Positions 17,909 to 28,357 of a DNA stretch of 64,000 bases are shown one piece after another. The stretch is from a virus. A model generated the notes under the pieces. That model was not told where the DNA came from. It saw only the letters and a program-made list of their open reading frames with translations, and did not search any database. Both the position numbers and the translations under genes were made by a program. The stretch lies in the IMG/VR virus record IMGVR_UViG_3300047509_000103, positions 1-64,000 of that record; one strand, written 5' to 3'. The stretch's first letter is position 1, and every line of letters begins with the position of its first letter.

Positions 17909-18291
17909 CTGCGCAGGCCGAGATGGCACTACGTCGCATAGTGCAGGAGCTGCCGCGATTCTCGTATCGCTTCGGCGACGAGGTGGAGCTGCACCAAGGC
18001 ATCGCGAAGGTGCTCACCGACGCGGGCATCGCCTTCGAGCGGGAGGTGGTCGCATCGAAGCAGGACCGTTTCGATTTCCTTTGCACCGGTGGCGTGGTGA
18101 TCGAGGCGAAGGTGCACGGTGCATTGATGCCAGCGATCGATCAATGCTCGCGCTATGCCGCGTTGCCAGACGTGCATTCGGTGGTCTTGGCGACGACGCG
18201 ATTCTGGGCCGGCATGCGACCGCTGAAAGCTGACGCGCAGCTCAACGGCAAACCGATCCTGGTGGTGAAGCTGAAGGGGATGTCGTTTTGA
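17905..18291 (+). CDS. PD-(D/E)XK-like protein
   Basis: E..LH..I, FERE, RFDF..GVVIEAK, Q..RY. Confidence 0.65.
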   Translation: MTAQAEMALRRIVQELPRFSYRFGDEVELHQGIAKVLTDAGIAFEREVVASKQDRFDFLCTGGVVIEAKVHGALMPAIDQCSRYAALPDVHSVVLATTRFWAGMRPLKADAQLNGKPILVVKLKGMSF

Positions 18292-20033
18292 TCACCTACG
18301 GCGAAGTAAAACTCGGCAGTGGCGACTGGTGGATCAAGTGCGAGCCGTTCGTCAGCGCGCGGCTCAAGCGTGTGTTCCCGCGCGCGCCGCAAGCTGCGGC
18401 TGAGTGGCTGCGCATATCGGCATCGGCCGAGAACACGCGCGAGCTGCGCTGGTTCCTGCAGCGCTACCCGATGGCGGTGGACAACAAAAAAGAGCTGAAT
18501 CGCCGCGCGAACGAACACGTTGACAACGAGACGCGGCTTGCAGACCTGATGGCTGGTCACATTGCGCCGCCATCGATCGAACTGGCCGAGCCGCCGCGCG
18601 AGTACCAGACCTTTGCTGCGCAGATGCTCGACGTGCGCAAGGGCTATTTGCTAGCCGACGATCTCGGCCTGGGCAAAACGGTGTCAGCAATCTGCGGATT
18701 GGTGCACACGAATGGCCTGCCAGCCTTGGTGGTCTGCCCGGCGCACCTGCCGCGGCAGTGGCAGAAGATGATCAATCGATTCGCGCCAGCGCTGCGCACG
18801 CACATCCTAAAGAAAGGGCAGGTGTACGACTTGGCGCCGCGCAAACGTGTGCGCCAGGCGGATCTGCTGCCGAATTCTATTCCCGACGTGATAATCACCA
18901 GCTACCACAAGCTGCGCGGCTGGGCTGAAACGCTGGCCGGCCTGATAAAATTCGTGGTGTTCGACGAGTGCCAGGCGTTGCGCAGCCCCGGCACAGGCAT
19001 ATACCGCGCTGCAGATCTTGTTTCGGCTCGCGCCACCTGGCGTATGGGCTTGAGCGCGACGCCGATCTACAACTACGGTCACGAATTCCACCATGTGATC
19101 GACGTGCTCAATCCGGGTGGTCTGGGGCAGTACGACGAATTCATCCGCGAGTGGTGCTCGCCGCTGCCGAACGGCAAAGCGCGGATCAACGACACGAAGC
19201 AATTCGGCGCGTACATGCGCCGCGAAGGACTGATGTTGCGGCGCACGCGCGAAGAGGTGAAGCGCGAGTTGCCTGAGCTGACGAAGGTGATTCACGACAT
19301 CGACGCCGATGAAGCGGCGCTCGACGACATGAAGGGCAACGCTGTTGCACTGGCGAGGATCGTGCTCGGCCAAGCAGAGCGCTACCGCGGCGAGCGGATG
19401 CAAGCCGCAGGCGAATTCGATGCAATGATGCGCCAGGCCACCGGCATCGCAAAAGCGCCTTACGTAATCCAGTTCGTGGATATGCTGCTCGACAGTGGCG
19501 AGCCGATCGTGCTCTACGGCTGGCACCGCGCGGTGTATGCAATGTGGTGCGAAGCGCTCGCCAAGCACAACCCGGTGATGTACTCCGGGTCCGAGTCACC
19601 CACGCAGAAAGACGCCGCGATCGAGGCATTCGTAGCGGGTCGCACAAAGCTGCTGATCATGTCGCTACGCAGCGGCGCCGGCGTCGACGGGCTGCAGGGC
19701 ACAGCCAACACCGTCGTCTTCGGCGAACTGGATTGGAGCCCGGGGGTACACGAACAATGCGTCGGCCGAGTGCATCGCGACGGCCAGGATTCCGCGTGCA
19801 CTGCTTACTTTCTTGTTGCCCAAGCTGGCTCTGACCCTGTCATCGCCGAGGTGCTCGGCGTCAAGCGCGAACAGATCGAAGGTGTGCGCAACCCAGACGG
19901 CGCGATGGTCGAGCGCATCGAGACTGGAGAAAACAACATCCGCCGCCTTGCGCGCGAATTCCTGCAGCGCCGCGGGCACGCGCAGCCAGAAGAAACATCG
20001 GTCACTCCAATCAGCGAACTGGTGATGGCATGA
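18288..20033 (+). CDS. SNF2-family helicase
   Basis: LLADDLGLGKT, DECQ, LSATP, GVDGLQ, W.PGVHEQCVGRVHRDGQ. Confidence 0.95.
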   Translation: MITYGEVKLGSGDWWIKCEPFVSARLKRVFPRAPQAAAEWLRISASAENTRELRWFLQRYPMAVDNKKELNRRANEHVDNETRLADLMAGHIAPPSIELAEPPREYQTFAAQMLDVRKGYLLADDLGLGKTVSAICGLVHTNGLPALVVCPAHLPRQWQKMINRFAPALRTHILKKGQVYDLAPRKRVRQADLLPNSIPDVIITSYHKLRGWAETLAGLIKFVVFDECQALRSPGTGIYRAADLVSARATWRMGLSATPIYNYGHEFHHVIDVLNPGGLGQYDEFIREWCSPLPNGKARINDTKQFGAYMRREGLMLRRTREEVKRELPELTKVIHDIDADEAALDDMKGNAVALARIVLGQAERYRGERMQAAGEFDAMMRQATGIAKAPYVIQFVDMLLDSGEPIVLYGWHRAVYAMWCEALAKHNPVMYSGSESPTQKDAAIEAFVAGRTKLLIMSLRSGAGVDGLQGTANTVVFGELDWSPGVHEQCVGRVHRDGQDSACTAYFLVAQAGSDPVIAEVLGVKREQIEGVRNPDGAMVERIETGENNIRRLAREFLQRRGHAQPEETSVTPISELVMA

Positions 20034-20145
20034 CCCTCTTCGACCTACGCCACTTCTGTGAATCCCACGTGCCGTGGTGGTCACCGCTGATCGTTGCAGC
20101 GTCAATTATCGCGATCGTGCTGTACGTGATGTGGAGGGCAGGGCG

Positions 20146-20601
20146 GTGACGGACGAAAGGAAAGTCGATTCGCTTGGCCGATCGTATATCAGCCGAAAGA
20201 AGTTGCGACCTTGCGCTCAGTGCGGCGACCAGATTAAACGCAAGGGCACCGCCGTTAAGTATTGCTCGCGTAAATGCTACGGCACCGCGGCTGCTGGCGT
20301 CCCGAAACCACCTGAACAGGTAGCGGCCAGACAGGTTCCGCGCGGCGACAAGCATTGGGCTTGGAGTGGTGCGTCTGTTAGTGAAAAGGGCGGCAGAGCA
20401 CGCGCGCTTAGGCAGTACCGAAGCGCTGGCCGTTGTTCGCGTTGCGCCGCCACGCGCGGCGAGCGGCACCACAAAGACGGGAACACCGCGAACAACGACA
20501 CGTCGAACGTCGAGATCCTGTGTCGCCGTTGCCACATGGAGGTGGACGGTCGTCTCGCACTGCTGATTGCTAACCCAGGCAAAGGGTGTGTATGTCCGTG
20601 A
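20146..20601 (+). CDS. HNH endonuclease
   Basis: C..C, YCSRKC, HHKDGNTANN..SNVEILCRRCH. Confidence 0.85.
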   Translation: MTDERKVDSLGRSYISRKKLRPCAQCGDQIKRKGTAVKYCSRKCYGTAAAGVPKPPEQVAARQVPRGDKHWAWSGASVSEKGGRARALRQYRSAGRCSRCAATRGERHHKDGNTANNDTSNVEILCRRCHMEVDGRLALLIANPGKGCVCP

Positions 20602-22019
20602 AGATACTTACGGGCGATTGCCGCCAGGTGCTGGCCACGCTGCCAGCCGAGAGCGTGCACAGCATCGTGACCGACCCGCCGTACGGCATCGGGTTCATGG
20701 GCAAGGAGTGGGACCATAAGAACATCGTGGCGCGTGCCAAGCAACGCGCCGGCCACGCGCAGCCAAAGCATCGCAACGGCACCGAGCGCACAGCGCCTAG
20801 GCGAGCGCTCGCCGAAGAAGCTGGCGCATACGACCTCTCGCCAGCAGCGATGCGCGCTTTTCAAAGCTGGACTGCTGAATGGGCAGCGCAAGCGATTCGT
20901 GTGCTGAAGCCTGGCGGCATCGTTCTCTGCTTTGCTTCGACCAGGACGTATCACCGTATGGCCTGCGGTCTTGAGGACGCCGGTTTCGAGGTGTTCGATC
21001 AAATTGGCTGGCTGTTCGGGTCCGGCTTCCCGAAAAACCACGACTTCGCGAAAGATCAGGAGGCGAGCAAAGCTGCCGGTGCGCGCGTCATCAAAGCGGA
21101 ATTCACCGGGCACCAGATGGCCGTTGGCTTTGGTACCGCACTGAAACCGGGATGGGAGCCGATCGCCGTCGCGCGCAAGCCCATCAGCGGCACGTATGCA
21201 GAGAACGTTCTATTGCACGGTTGCGGCGCGCTGAATATCGACGGATGCCGAGTGGAGACAGAAGACCATATTGGCGGCGGTGCCTATTCGGCGAACGGGA
21301 ACCGAAACGTATCTGGATCGTTGTCACCAACTGGAATGAATCGCGCTGGCGCGACCGCTGCGCAAGAGTTCGTCCAGCCGAAAGGCCGGTGGCCAGCAAA
21401 CGTTGTGCACGACGGTAGTGATGAAGTTCTCGCCGCTTTTCCGAGTGTTGCCAGCGGCATACCCAGCGGCACCAAAGCCGGTAACAACAACAACGTTTTC
21501 GGTCAGTTTGCCGGCGGTATTCCGGTGACAGGCTACGGAGACGCCGGCAGCGCCGCGCGTTTCTACTATTGCGCCAAAGCTAGCAAGGCTGATCGCGAAG
21601 CCGGTTGCGATGGTCTTCCGACCAAACGCGGCGGGATGGTGAGCAATACCAGCGGCCAGCACATGACGCGGCGGGATGGTGGCGAGCCAGGCCAGCGCGC
21701 CAATCACCACCCCACGGTCAAACCCACCGAGTTGATGCGCTGGCTTGTGCGGCTCGTCACGCCACCGGGGGGGGCAGTGCTCGATCCATTCCTTGGTTCG
21801 GGCAGCACGGCGCGCGCGGCGAGCATCGATGGCTTCGACTGCATAGGCATCGAGCTGGACCCGGAATACGTGGCGATTGCCAAGCATCGGGTGAGCGGCG
21901 ACGCGCCGCTATTCGCCGATCACGCAGCCAGCGGCAGCGCCGGCAGCACCACAACAGCCAGTGCCTCATCCTCAAGCGATGGGTCGCCAGAGACCAGTTC
22001 GAGGTCGGCGCCGACATGA
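20592..22019 (+). CDS. N6-adenine/N4-cytosine DNA methyltransferase (beta class)
   Basis: TDPPY, HPTVKP, VLDPFLGSGST. Confidence 0.95.
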   Translation: MSVKILTGDCRQVLATLPAESVHSIVTDPPYGIGFMGKEWDHKNIVARAKQRAGHAQPKHRNGTERTAPRRALAEEAGAYDLSPAAMRAFQSWTAEWAAQAIRVLKPGGIVLCFASTRTYHRMACGLEDAGFEVFDQIGWLFGSGFPKNHDFAKDQEASKAAGARVIKAEFTGHQMAVGFGTALKPGWEPIAVARKPISGTYAENVLLHGCGALNIDGCRVETEDHIGGGAYSANGNRNVSGSLSPTGMNRAGATAAQEFVQPKGRWPANVVHDGSDEVLAAFPSVASGIPSGTKAGNNNNVFGQFAGGIPVTGYGDAGSAARFYYCAKASKADREAGCDGLPTKRGGMVSNTSGQHMTRRDGGEPGQRANHHPTVKPTELMRWLVRLVTPPGGAVLDPFLGSGSTARAASIDGFDCIGIELDPEYVAIAKHRVSGDAPLFADHAASGSAGSTTTASASSSSDGSPETSSRSAPT

Positions 22020-22135
22020 CGAAATACCAGGATGTTCGGCGAAGTTAGCAATTCAGTTTCCATAGCACTTATTCCAAGTTAGCCGAAGATTACGCGCGTT
22101 TAGCTGAACATACAACCAATATCGCGGAAGTTGAC

Positions 22136-22798
22136 ATGCAAACCCCTACGATAGCCGACTGTGTCAAAGCCCTCACGCCGAACGAGTTGACGCTAGACGT
22201 CCTTTCCCGTCGGCTGAACTACGAGCCGGCCAAATTGCTGCCGATGCTGCAGGCCGGCGCCAGCCTGGGCTACGTCCGCTGCGGCAAGTCGAACGGGCAG
22301 ATGTTCTGGAGTACCGGCGCGGCACCGCCGCCCGAGCCCGTGGCACCGCTGCCGAAGTACGTGCCATCGGTCAAGAAGTACAAGAAACGCCGTACCAAGG
22401 AGCAGATCGCCGCCGATCTGGCCGAATTGCAGCGTAAGCGGCTTGAGCGTGATGCCAACCGCACGCTGAAAAAGCGCCAGCGGATCAAGCCTGGCGAGCC
22501 CAACGTGATCACTGAGCCGCCCAAGCAAGAAAACCGCGTGGCCGGCTGGCCTAAGAAACAGCTCAGCGGCGCCGCCAAGCGCGCCCTGAGCAAGCTGCGC
22601 AACCAACACATCGTCGTGAGAGCCCATATGCCAGCACTGCCGGAGCTTTCGATCAGCAGCACCGAGCACGGCGTGAGCATCGAGACACGGATGGAGCCGA
22701 ACCAGGCGCCAGACCAGCAGGTGCACATCCTCGCCGGTGACGTGACCGCCCTGGTCGATGCGCTGATGAAAGTCGAATTGTTAGGAGCGCCGCGTTGA
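22136..22798 (+). CDS. Hypothetical protein, possible N-terminal HTH
   Basis: 220-aa basic ORF. Confidence 0.65.
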   Translation: MQTPTIADCVKALTPNELTLDVLSRRLNYEPAKLLPMLQAGASLGYVRCGKSNGQMFWSTGAAPPPEPVAPLPKYVPSVKKYKKRRTKEQIAADLAELQRKRLERDANRTLKKRQRIKPGEPNVITEPPKQENRVAGWPKKQLSGAAKRALSKLRNQHIVVRAHMPALPELSISSTEHGVSIETRMEPNQAPDQQVHILAGDVTALVDALMKVELLGAPR

Positions 22799-22834
22799 AG
22801 ATTCAGCGCGAGATAGCAAAAGAGGGCGGCGGCG

Positions 22835-23746
22835 ATGCGTGAGTACGGCGCTGTATCGCCGAAGTTCTGGACGGGCCGGACAGGCAGGAAGCTGCGTGGG
22901 CAACCAGAGGCGCAGATCCTCGCGTTGTACCTGATGACCGCGCCGGGCTCGACGATGACCGGCGTTTACTACTGCCCACACGTCTCAATGGCAAGCGAAA
23001 CAGGTCTTGGAATAGAAGGGGCATCGAAGGGGCTTGCATGCCTCATCAAAGAGGGATTTTGCCAGTACGACGAGGAAAGCGAGACGGTGTTCGTCGTCAC
23101 GATGGCCGAGTGGCAGATTGGTGAATCGCTCGACCAGAAGGACAAGCGTGTGCTGGGTCTGCGCAAGGAAGTGGCGCGCATGACGCCTACCGCATTGCAG
23201 CGACGTTTCATCGATGTTTACGACGCGCTATATCACCTGCAAATGCTGCCAAAAGACGGATGGCCCTTGGAAGGGGCATCGAAGGGTGGTCGAAGCCAGG
23301 AGCAGGAGCAGGAACAAAGACAGGAACAAGAGCAAAAAGAAAGACACACGCAATCTGAAGCGTCTCTACAGGCGCCCCCAGAAAAAGCGCGTGTGTCAGA
23401 TCAAACGCCGCCGGAGCCAGAAGAAAAACCCAGCTTCGCCGGCACCGTGTGCAAATCGCTCCGGGCGATGGGAATTCTGATTACCCCAACCAACCCAGAA
23501 CTGCTGGATCTGATCAAGCAGGGCGTGACGATCCGCGAGCTGACCGATGCCGGCACGACGGCGCGGGAAGCGGGCAAGACATCGGCCGGCTACGTGTTCG
23601 GGATCATCCGCGGACAGCGCGAGGACGCCAAGCGCAAAGCTGCGCTTCCATCGGCTCGTGCCAGTCCAGGATTCAAGTCATCGCACATCACTGACGACTT
23701 CAGCGAAATCGACTACGGCAGCAACCTCCCGGAAAACCCAGCATGA
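22835..23746 (+). CDS. Phage replication initiator
   Basis: MREYGAVSPKFW..ALYLMTAP...QEQEQEQ linker; directly upstream of the DnaC-like gene; internal repeat GAAGGGGCATCGAAGGG near 23015 and 23270. Confidence 0.8.
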   Translation: MREYGAVSPKFWTGRTGRKLRGQPEAQILALYLMTAPGSTMTGVYYCPHVSMASETGLGIEGASKGLACLIKEGFCQYDEESETVFVVTMAEWQIGESLDQKDKRVLGLRKEVARMTPTALQRRFIDVYDALYHLQMLPKDGWPLEGASKGGRSQEQEQEQRQEQEQKERHTQSEASLQAPPEKARVSDQTPPEPEEKPSFAGTVCKSLRAMGILITPTNPELLDLIKQGVTIRELTDAGTTAREAGKTSAGYVFGIIRGQREDAKRKAALPSARASPGFKSSHITDDFSEIDYGSNLPENPA

Positions 23747-24603
23747 ACGCGACTGCAGAAGCCAACCCAAACACCGTCACCGAGCCACGAACCTACACGC
23801 CGACGTGCGAAGAGCACGGCTACGCGATCGGCGATGACATGGTCTGCCCAACTTGCGAAGCCCAGCGCATGCTGCACGAGACGGCTGAGCACGATCGCTC
23901 CATGCAGGCAAAAACACGCTTGGTCGAAGCTCAGCGCATTGCCCAAGCCAAGATCGAGCGCCAGATCGAAAGCGCTGGACTGCCGGCACGATTCCGCGAC
24001 TACCGACTGGACACGTTCCCGCGCAGCGCGATCGTTCTGAAATCGGCAGAGCAGAAAGCCGAGCTAGACGTCGCGATCGCCGCATGCCGCACGTTCGTGA
24101 ACCGCTGGCCGCAGATGCGCAAGGACGGTACGAACCTGATCATGATCGGATCCACCGGTACCGGAAAAACCGGCCTGGCCTGCTCGATCGTCAACGCTGT
24201 TATGCAAGAGCACCACGCCACCGGAATGTTCATAAGCGCCTACGGCGCGGTGAGGCACCAGCGCGATACATGGGGCCGAAAGGGAAAACGCGAGATCGAT
24301 GCGCTCAGAGAACTGGTCGAGCCAGACATCCTGGTGCTGGACGAGGTTGGAGTAAGCCTCGGCGGCGACGCCGAAATGCTGATGCTCTGGGAAGTGATCA
24401 ATGGCCGGTACCAGGAATCAAAACCCACCATCCTGATCAGCAACGTGCCAATGGATGACTACGAGCAGCGCGCGATCAACGGTACGGTCGAAATGCGGGC
24501 AGGCCTGAAACGCCGTCTCGGCGGCCGTGCGATGGACCGACTGCTGGCAAACGAATCCAGCGTGATCCGCTGCCAATGGCCGAGTTTGAGAGCGAAGGCA
24601 TGA
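23743..24603 (+). CDS. DnaC/IstB-like AAA+ helicase loader
   Basis: GSTGTGKT, LVLDEVG, INGRY..KPTILISN, R.MDRL. Confidence 0.93.
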   Translation: MNATAEANPNTVTEPRTYTPTCEEHGYAIGDDMVCPTCEAQRMLHETAEHDRSMQAKTRLVEAQRIAQAKIERQIESAGLPARFRDYRLDTFPRSAIVLKSAEQKAELDVAIAACRTFVNRWPQMRKDGTNLIMIGSTGTGKTGLACSIVNAVMQEHHATGMFISAYGAVRHQRDTWGRKGKREIDALRELVEPDILVLDEVGVSLGGDAEMLMLWEVINGRYQESKPTILISNVPMDDYEQRAINGTVEMRAGLKRRLGGRAMDRLLANESSVIRCQWPSLRAKA

Positions 24604-24902
24604 ACCGCCGCCGTGACGACCGTCGCGGCCCTAGCGAGGAAACTCGGATGAGCGGCAACCGCGGAAATGGAAATATCGCTGACGGCGACAAGCAGATGGC
24701 GCTGATCGCGCGAATTCTCGCGTGCACAAGGCCTACACCGATCAACGAGGTTATCGCCGCAACCCAATGCGCCAGGGCGACGGTGTATCGGGTCGTAAAC
24801 CGGATGCAGAAGCACTTCCCGTTGGAATACGTGCGCGGCAACAACTGGCAGCCGGGCCGCATCCACATGCGCCACGCCATCGGCGGTAGGAGATATCAAT
24901 GA
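24600..24902 (+). CDS. HTH-domain protein
   Basis: INEVIAATQCARATVYRVVN. Confidence 0.65.
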   Translation: MNRRRDDRRGPSEETRMSGNRGNGNIADGDKQMALIARILACTRPTPINEVIAATQCARATVYRVVNRMQKHFPLEYVRGNNWQPGRIHMRHAIGGRRYQ

Positions 24903-25384
24903 GCCAGCTACTGCTGTGCGCACTGCATCGCCGTGGCAAGCCGAGCACGGCCGGCGACATTCACGAGACCGCGCTCGGCCTGGCGATGAATGCTGGCTGG
25001 CCGCGATCGGAATGGCCGACCAACCCGAAGCAGGTGGCAGCGCTGCTTAAGGGGATGATCAAAGCGGGGGATGTGATGCAGGTTGATTGCAGCCGAGAAA
25101 ACGGCCGCGACGTGCCGATGTTTCAACCGATCTGCGGCGCTGGTTTCGACTCGGAGTACGAGATGCCGGATCCGCCGGCGAAGCCGAAGAAAAGCGACCT
25201 GGATGGAATGACCAAACCCCAGATCTACGCGCTGGTCGACGTGCTCGAAGCCCTGGTGCACGAAGGCGCGCGGCAACGGCGCGAGCTCGGCTCACTGTTG
25301 GTCCGCCAACTGGAAGAGTTCGAACGCACCACCGAGCGCGCCAAACGCCAGCTACTGGCTGCCGGCATCGAGGGCAAGCTATGA
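24899..25384 (+). CDS. Hypothetical protein
   Basis: ATGA overlaps. Confidence 0.65.
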   Translation: MSQLLLCALHRRGKPSTAGDIHETALGLAMNAGWPRSEWPTNPKQVAALLKGMIKAGDVMQVDCSRENGRDVPMFQPICGAGFDSEYEMPDPPAKPKKSDLDGMTKPQIYALVDVLEALVHEGARQRRELGSLLVRQLEEFERTTERAKRQLLAAGIEGKL

Positions 25385-25932
25385 GCAAGAACACTGTGCG
25401 CTGGACTGAGGAAGAGTACGCAGCGGTGCTTGCGAACGGAACGCAGGATTTGGGAAATATCCAGATATTGCGGCGCAGTCAAATGTTCAAAGTGCCACTG
25501 AGCGCGGGTATCCACCACGGCAATCAAATAGCCGTCAAACAGGAAACCAAGACTCGCCGCGGAGATCCAGAGCACCAGGAACAGGCCCAATTCATCGCCG
25601 AGCTTGAGGCGCTGGCCAAGCGCGACCGCCGCTACGCGCTCGCGGTGCATCGCACCTACGCAATTCCGAATGGTGGGCACAAGAGCAAGCGCGTGCGCGG
25701 ACGACACAAGGCTGAAGGGCTCAAGTCGAGCGTTCCTGATCTGTTTGTGAGTCTGCCCGTCAACGACTTCTCGGGCTGCTACATCGAGATGAAAAGCCTC
25801 ACCGGTGACCCCGACCGCGACCAGCGCAAGTGGCTGAACGAATCGATCGACCTGGGCTACATGGCCGCGTGCTGCCGCGGCTGGAAGCAAGCAATGATCG
25901 TCTGGCTTGCCTACGTGGATCCGTCGCTATGA
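25381..25932 (+). CDS. VRR-NUC domain nuclease
   Basis: EH.EQ, YAIPNGG, KAEGLKSSVPDL, YIEMK, Q..W. Confidence 0.9.
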   Translation: MSKNTVRWTEEEYAAVLANGTQDLGNIQILRRSQMFKVPLSAGIHHGNQIAVKQETKTRRGDPEHQEQAQFIAELEALAKRDRRYALAVHRTYAIPNGGHKSKRVRGRHKAEGLKSSVPDLFVSLPVNDFSGCYIEMKSLTGDPDRDQRKWLNESIDLGYMAACCRGWKQAMIVWLAYVDPSL

Positions 25933-26279
25933 GCAAGCCAATCCTGACGCTCAAGCTGACTCCGTACCCGTGGACGCTCACGTTGTGGACCGATCGGCAG
26001 GCAATGGACCGGCATCTGAAGAAGATGCGCCCTGACCGCGAGACGGATCCGACAGACGTCGGTGGCCGCTGCGTGTCGATGCTCGATATGCGGCACACCG
26101 CGCTTGGAATCTACCAGCGAGATCTGGGTGTGCTGGTCCACGAACTACAACACGCGCTTTGCCACATTTTCGACGAGATTGGAATTCAGACAAATGCCGG
26201 AAACAGCGAGCCAGCGGCATACATGCTGCAGTTCATGTTCAACGAGTGCCGGCGCGCGATGTTTGGGAGAAGGAAGTGA
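25929..26279 (+). CDS. Hypothetical protein with HExxH motif
   Basis: LVHELQH...SEPAAY. Confidence 0.7.
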   Translation: MSKPILTLKLTPYPWTLTLWTDRQAMDRHLKKMRPDRETDPTDVGGRCVSMLDMRHTALGIYQRDLGVLVHELQHALCHIFDEIGIQTNAGNSEPAAYMLQFMFNECRRAMFGRRK

Positions 26280-27367
26280 TGCAGCCGCGGCACCTGACCG
26301 CCGAGATCCTGCGCGCACTCGAAGCAGCGCCGATGACGCTGACCGAGCTGTGCCAAGCGCTCTGGGTCGTCACTGGAATCGAGGTGAGCCGTCGCCTGAA
26401 GCGCTTGGCAGCACTCGGCTACGTCCGTGCGCGCTACGTGCACACCTACACCACAAAAATCCCGATAACCAAGATCGAAGGGTTGTCGCGTGTCGTCTGG
26501 TACCTGAAGAGTCAGCCGGCACCGACGATCGATGTGCGCCGCGATCAGAAGCCGCCAGCGCTACCAAAGCGCACCAGCGAGCCACGCGCGCAGCGGCAGA
26601 AGGTCAACCCATTCGCCAACGAGCGCCGCGAGCCTGCCGAGGTACTGGCGATGCTCGCCGGCCGCACAAACTTCCTGACACCGAACGAGGGGCGATCGAC
26701 TGATGGCTCCAAGCTGGTGCCGATAGACGTTGCGCACGCCTTGCCAGCCGCATCCGACAAGTTCGGCGCAGCGGTCGCAATGGCTGTGGCGTGCCAGCGC
26801 GAGGCAGAGTGGCCAAAGGTGAACAAGTTGGGGTTTGTGCCGCTGTTGCGCGAGCTCATACGCCAGCGCGCGTTCCCTGGCGTGGTTTCTGGCCCGCTCA
26901 AGCACCGCGCCCGCATCGTGCTATGGGACGCGTTCCACGACTACATCCGCCCGAAGCAGCGGCAGTCGTTTAGGAAAGCCGCCAAAGCTGCCCGCATCAC
27001 TGAAAGCGCCTACCGGTTTCTGCACAAGTACATCACCGCATATCTGGAAGACCACAAGAACACCGCCGCTGGCGAGGCGTGTTTCTTCCTGTTCGCTCCA
27101 GCAGCAGCGAAGCGTGGCGAGCACGCACTCGTGCTAACCGACGACGAGGGCAAGGTGAGTGTGCTGCACGCGATCAATGCGCTCGAGCTGATGATCGCCG
27201 CCGACAACCTATTCAGCAGCCAGGCCGACGAGAGCGAACGCGTCGTGGCCCTGATGGCAGAAATAGCAAACGCACGCGGTCGCAGCCGATCGGTAGGCGT
27301 CTTGCGCCTGCACGGCGTCGACCATGTTGCGGTGTACATCAACCCAACTGAGGAAGCAACTGCATGA
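26279..27367 (+). CDS. Putative transcription regulator (N-terminal wHTH; possible antiterminator Q-like domain)
   Basis: ILRALEAAPMTLTELC..VSRRLKRL..GYV; SFRKAAKAARITESAY; position after VRR-NUC. Confidence 0.5.
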   Translation: MQPRHLTAEILRALEAAPMTLTELCQALWVVTGIEVSRRLKRLAALGYVRARYVHTYTTKIPITKIEGLSRVVWYLKSQPAPTIDVRRDQKPPALPKRTSEPRAQRQKVNPFANERREPAEVLAMLAGRTNFLTPNEGRSTDGSKLVPIDVAHALPAASDKFGAAVAMAVACQREAEWPKVNKLGFVPLLRELIRQRAFPGVVSGPLKHRARIVLWDAFHDYIRPKQRQSFRKAAKAARITESAYRFLHKYITAYLEDHKNTAAGEACFFLFAPAAAKRGEHALVLTDDEGKVSVLHAINALELMIAADNLFSSQADESERVVALMAEIANARGRSRSVGVLRLHGVDHVAVYINPTEEATA

Positions 27368-27603
27368 AAAACATCACAGGTTTCGTTCTGAGCTTGGCGA
27401 TCGGCATCGCCGCCGGCGAGATCCACAACCGGCTGCACGCCGCGGCGCCGACAGTGCCAGCACCGATCACCATCACAGCAACCGACGCCCTGGGCAACGT
27501 GCGCACCGGCACCGCGACCTGGACGAGCATGGACTACAACGCCAACGCGATCACCATCGCCTACACGCACGACACGCTGACGTGCAACGGGTTCGAGCCA
27601 TGA
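27364..27603 (+). CDS. Small exported protein
   Basis: GAGG RBS, signal-like N-terminus. Confidence 0.6.
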   Translation: MKNITGFVLSLAIGIAAGEIHNRLHAAAPTVPAPITITATDALGNVRTGTATWTSMDYNANAITIAYTHDTLTCNGFEP

Positions 27604-27605
27604 CC

Positions 27606-27900
27606 ACCCAACCAGCGATGACAGGCGAGGAAGTGCTGGATGCGATGCTACTCGCTCTTGCTTGAGAGGGACTGTGATGGCCAATAAGAAGGTGAATATT
27701 CCAGAAGGTTGGGCTTTGGTGCCAGTCAATCCCACCAATAAGCAGTTTATGGCTGCCGAGAAAACAGGGTTTCATTCTTACACCGGAACGTTCTGCCTTG
27801 ATCCTTTCGCGGTTTACGAAGCGATGATTAAGGCAGCGCCGAAGTACAAACAAGCGAGGCAGCCATGACCCAACCAGCGATGACAGGCGAGGAAGTGCTG
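27606..27900 (+). repeat. 33-bp direct repeat (27606-27638 and 27868-27900)
   Basis: ACCCAACCAGCGATGACAGGCGAGGAAGTGCTG twice. Confidence 0.9.
27677..27868 (+). CDS. Hypothetical phage protein
   Basis: IPEGWALVP..PT...YEAMIKAAP motif. Confidence 0.7.
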   Translation: MANKKVNIPEGWALVPVNPTNKQFMAAEKTGFHSYTGTFCLDPFAVYEAMIKAAPKYKQARQP

Positions 27901-28257
27901 CGCGAATTGGATGATGTTGTGGGAGTGCCTGTGCCGGTCGGCCCTTACGGCAAGAAATTACATCGCATCCGCACCGCCGTCGCCTCCCTGCTGGCCGAAC
28001 GGGATGGGTTAAAGGTGGAGAATGAGCGTATCGCTAGATTTGCCGAAATAGGATCGCTTGATAGCTGGATACGGCTTTCTGATGACGACAAACGCAAGTG
28101 GTTCGTGATGTTCACTGATCGTGAAGCTGAGTACCGAGAAATTATCAGAGACTTGTGCGAACTGAGACAAGAGGGCTGGAACATCTGCACAAAGCCTGTT
28201 TGGCAGGAACGGGTACAGAAAGCGTGGGCACGCGCGTTCGGGTTGTTCGAGCCGTGA
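27865..28257 (+). CDS. Hypothetical protein
   Basis: GAGG RBS, overlap with upstream stop. Confidence 0.65.
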   Translation: MTQPAMTGEEVLRELDDVVGVPVPVGPYGKKLHRIRTAVASLLAERDGLKVENERIARFAEIGSLDSWIRLSDDDKRKWFVMFTDREAEYREIIRDLCELRQEGWNICTKPVWQERVQKAWARAFGLFEP

Positions 28258-28357
28258 CCCCTACCGCTGCCACCCAAGGCTAGTGAGTGAGTGTTAGAAG
28301 CGCGAAAAGCTCGTTGATTTGAAACCTGGCCTTACTAACTTACTTTGAGGAATCGTT

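Noticed and set aside
22020-22135. Short imperfect TTAGC repeats as origin or operator
   Set aside because: Too short and irregular to support a call
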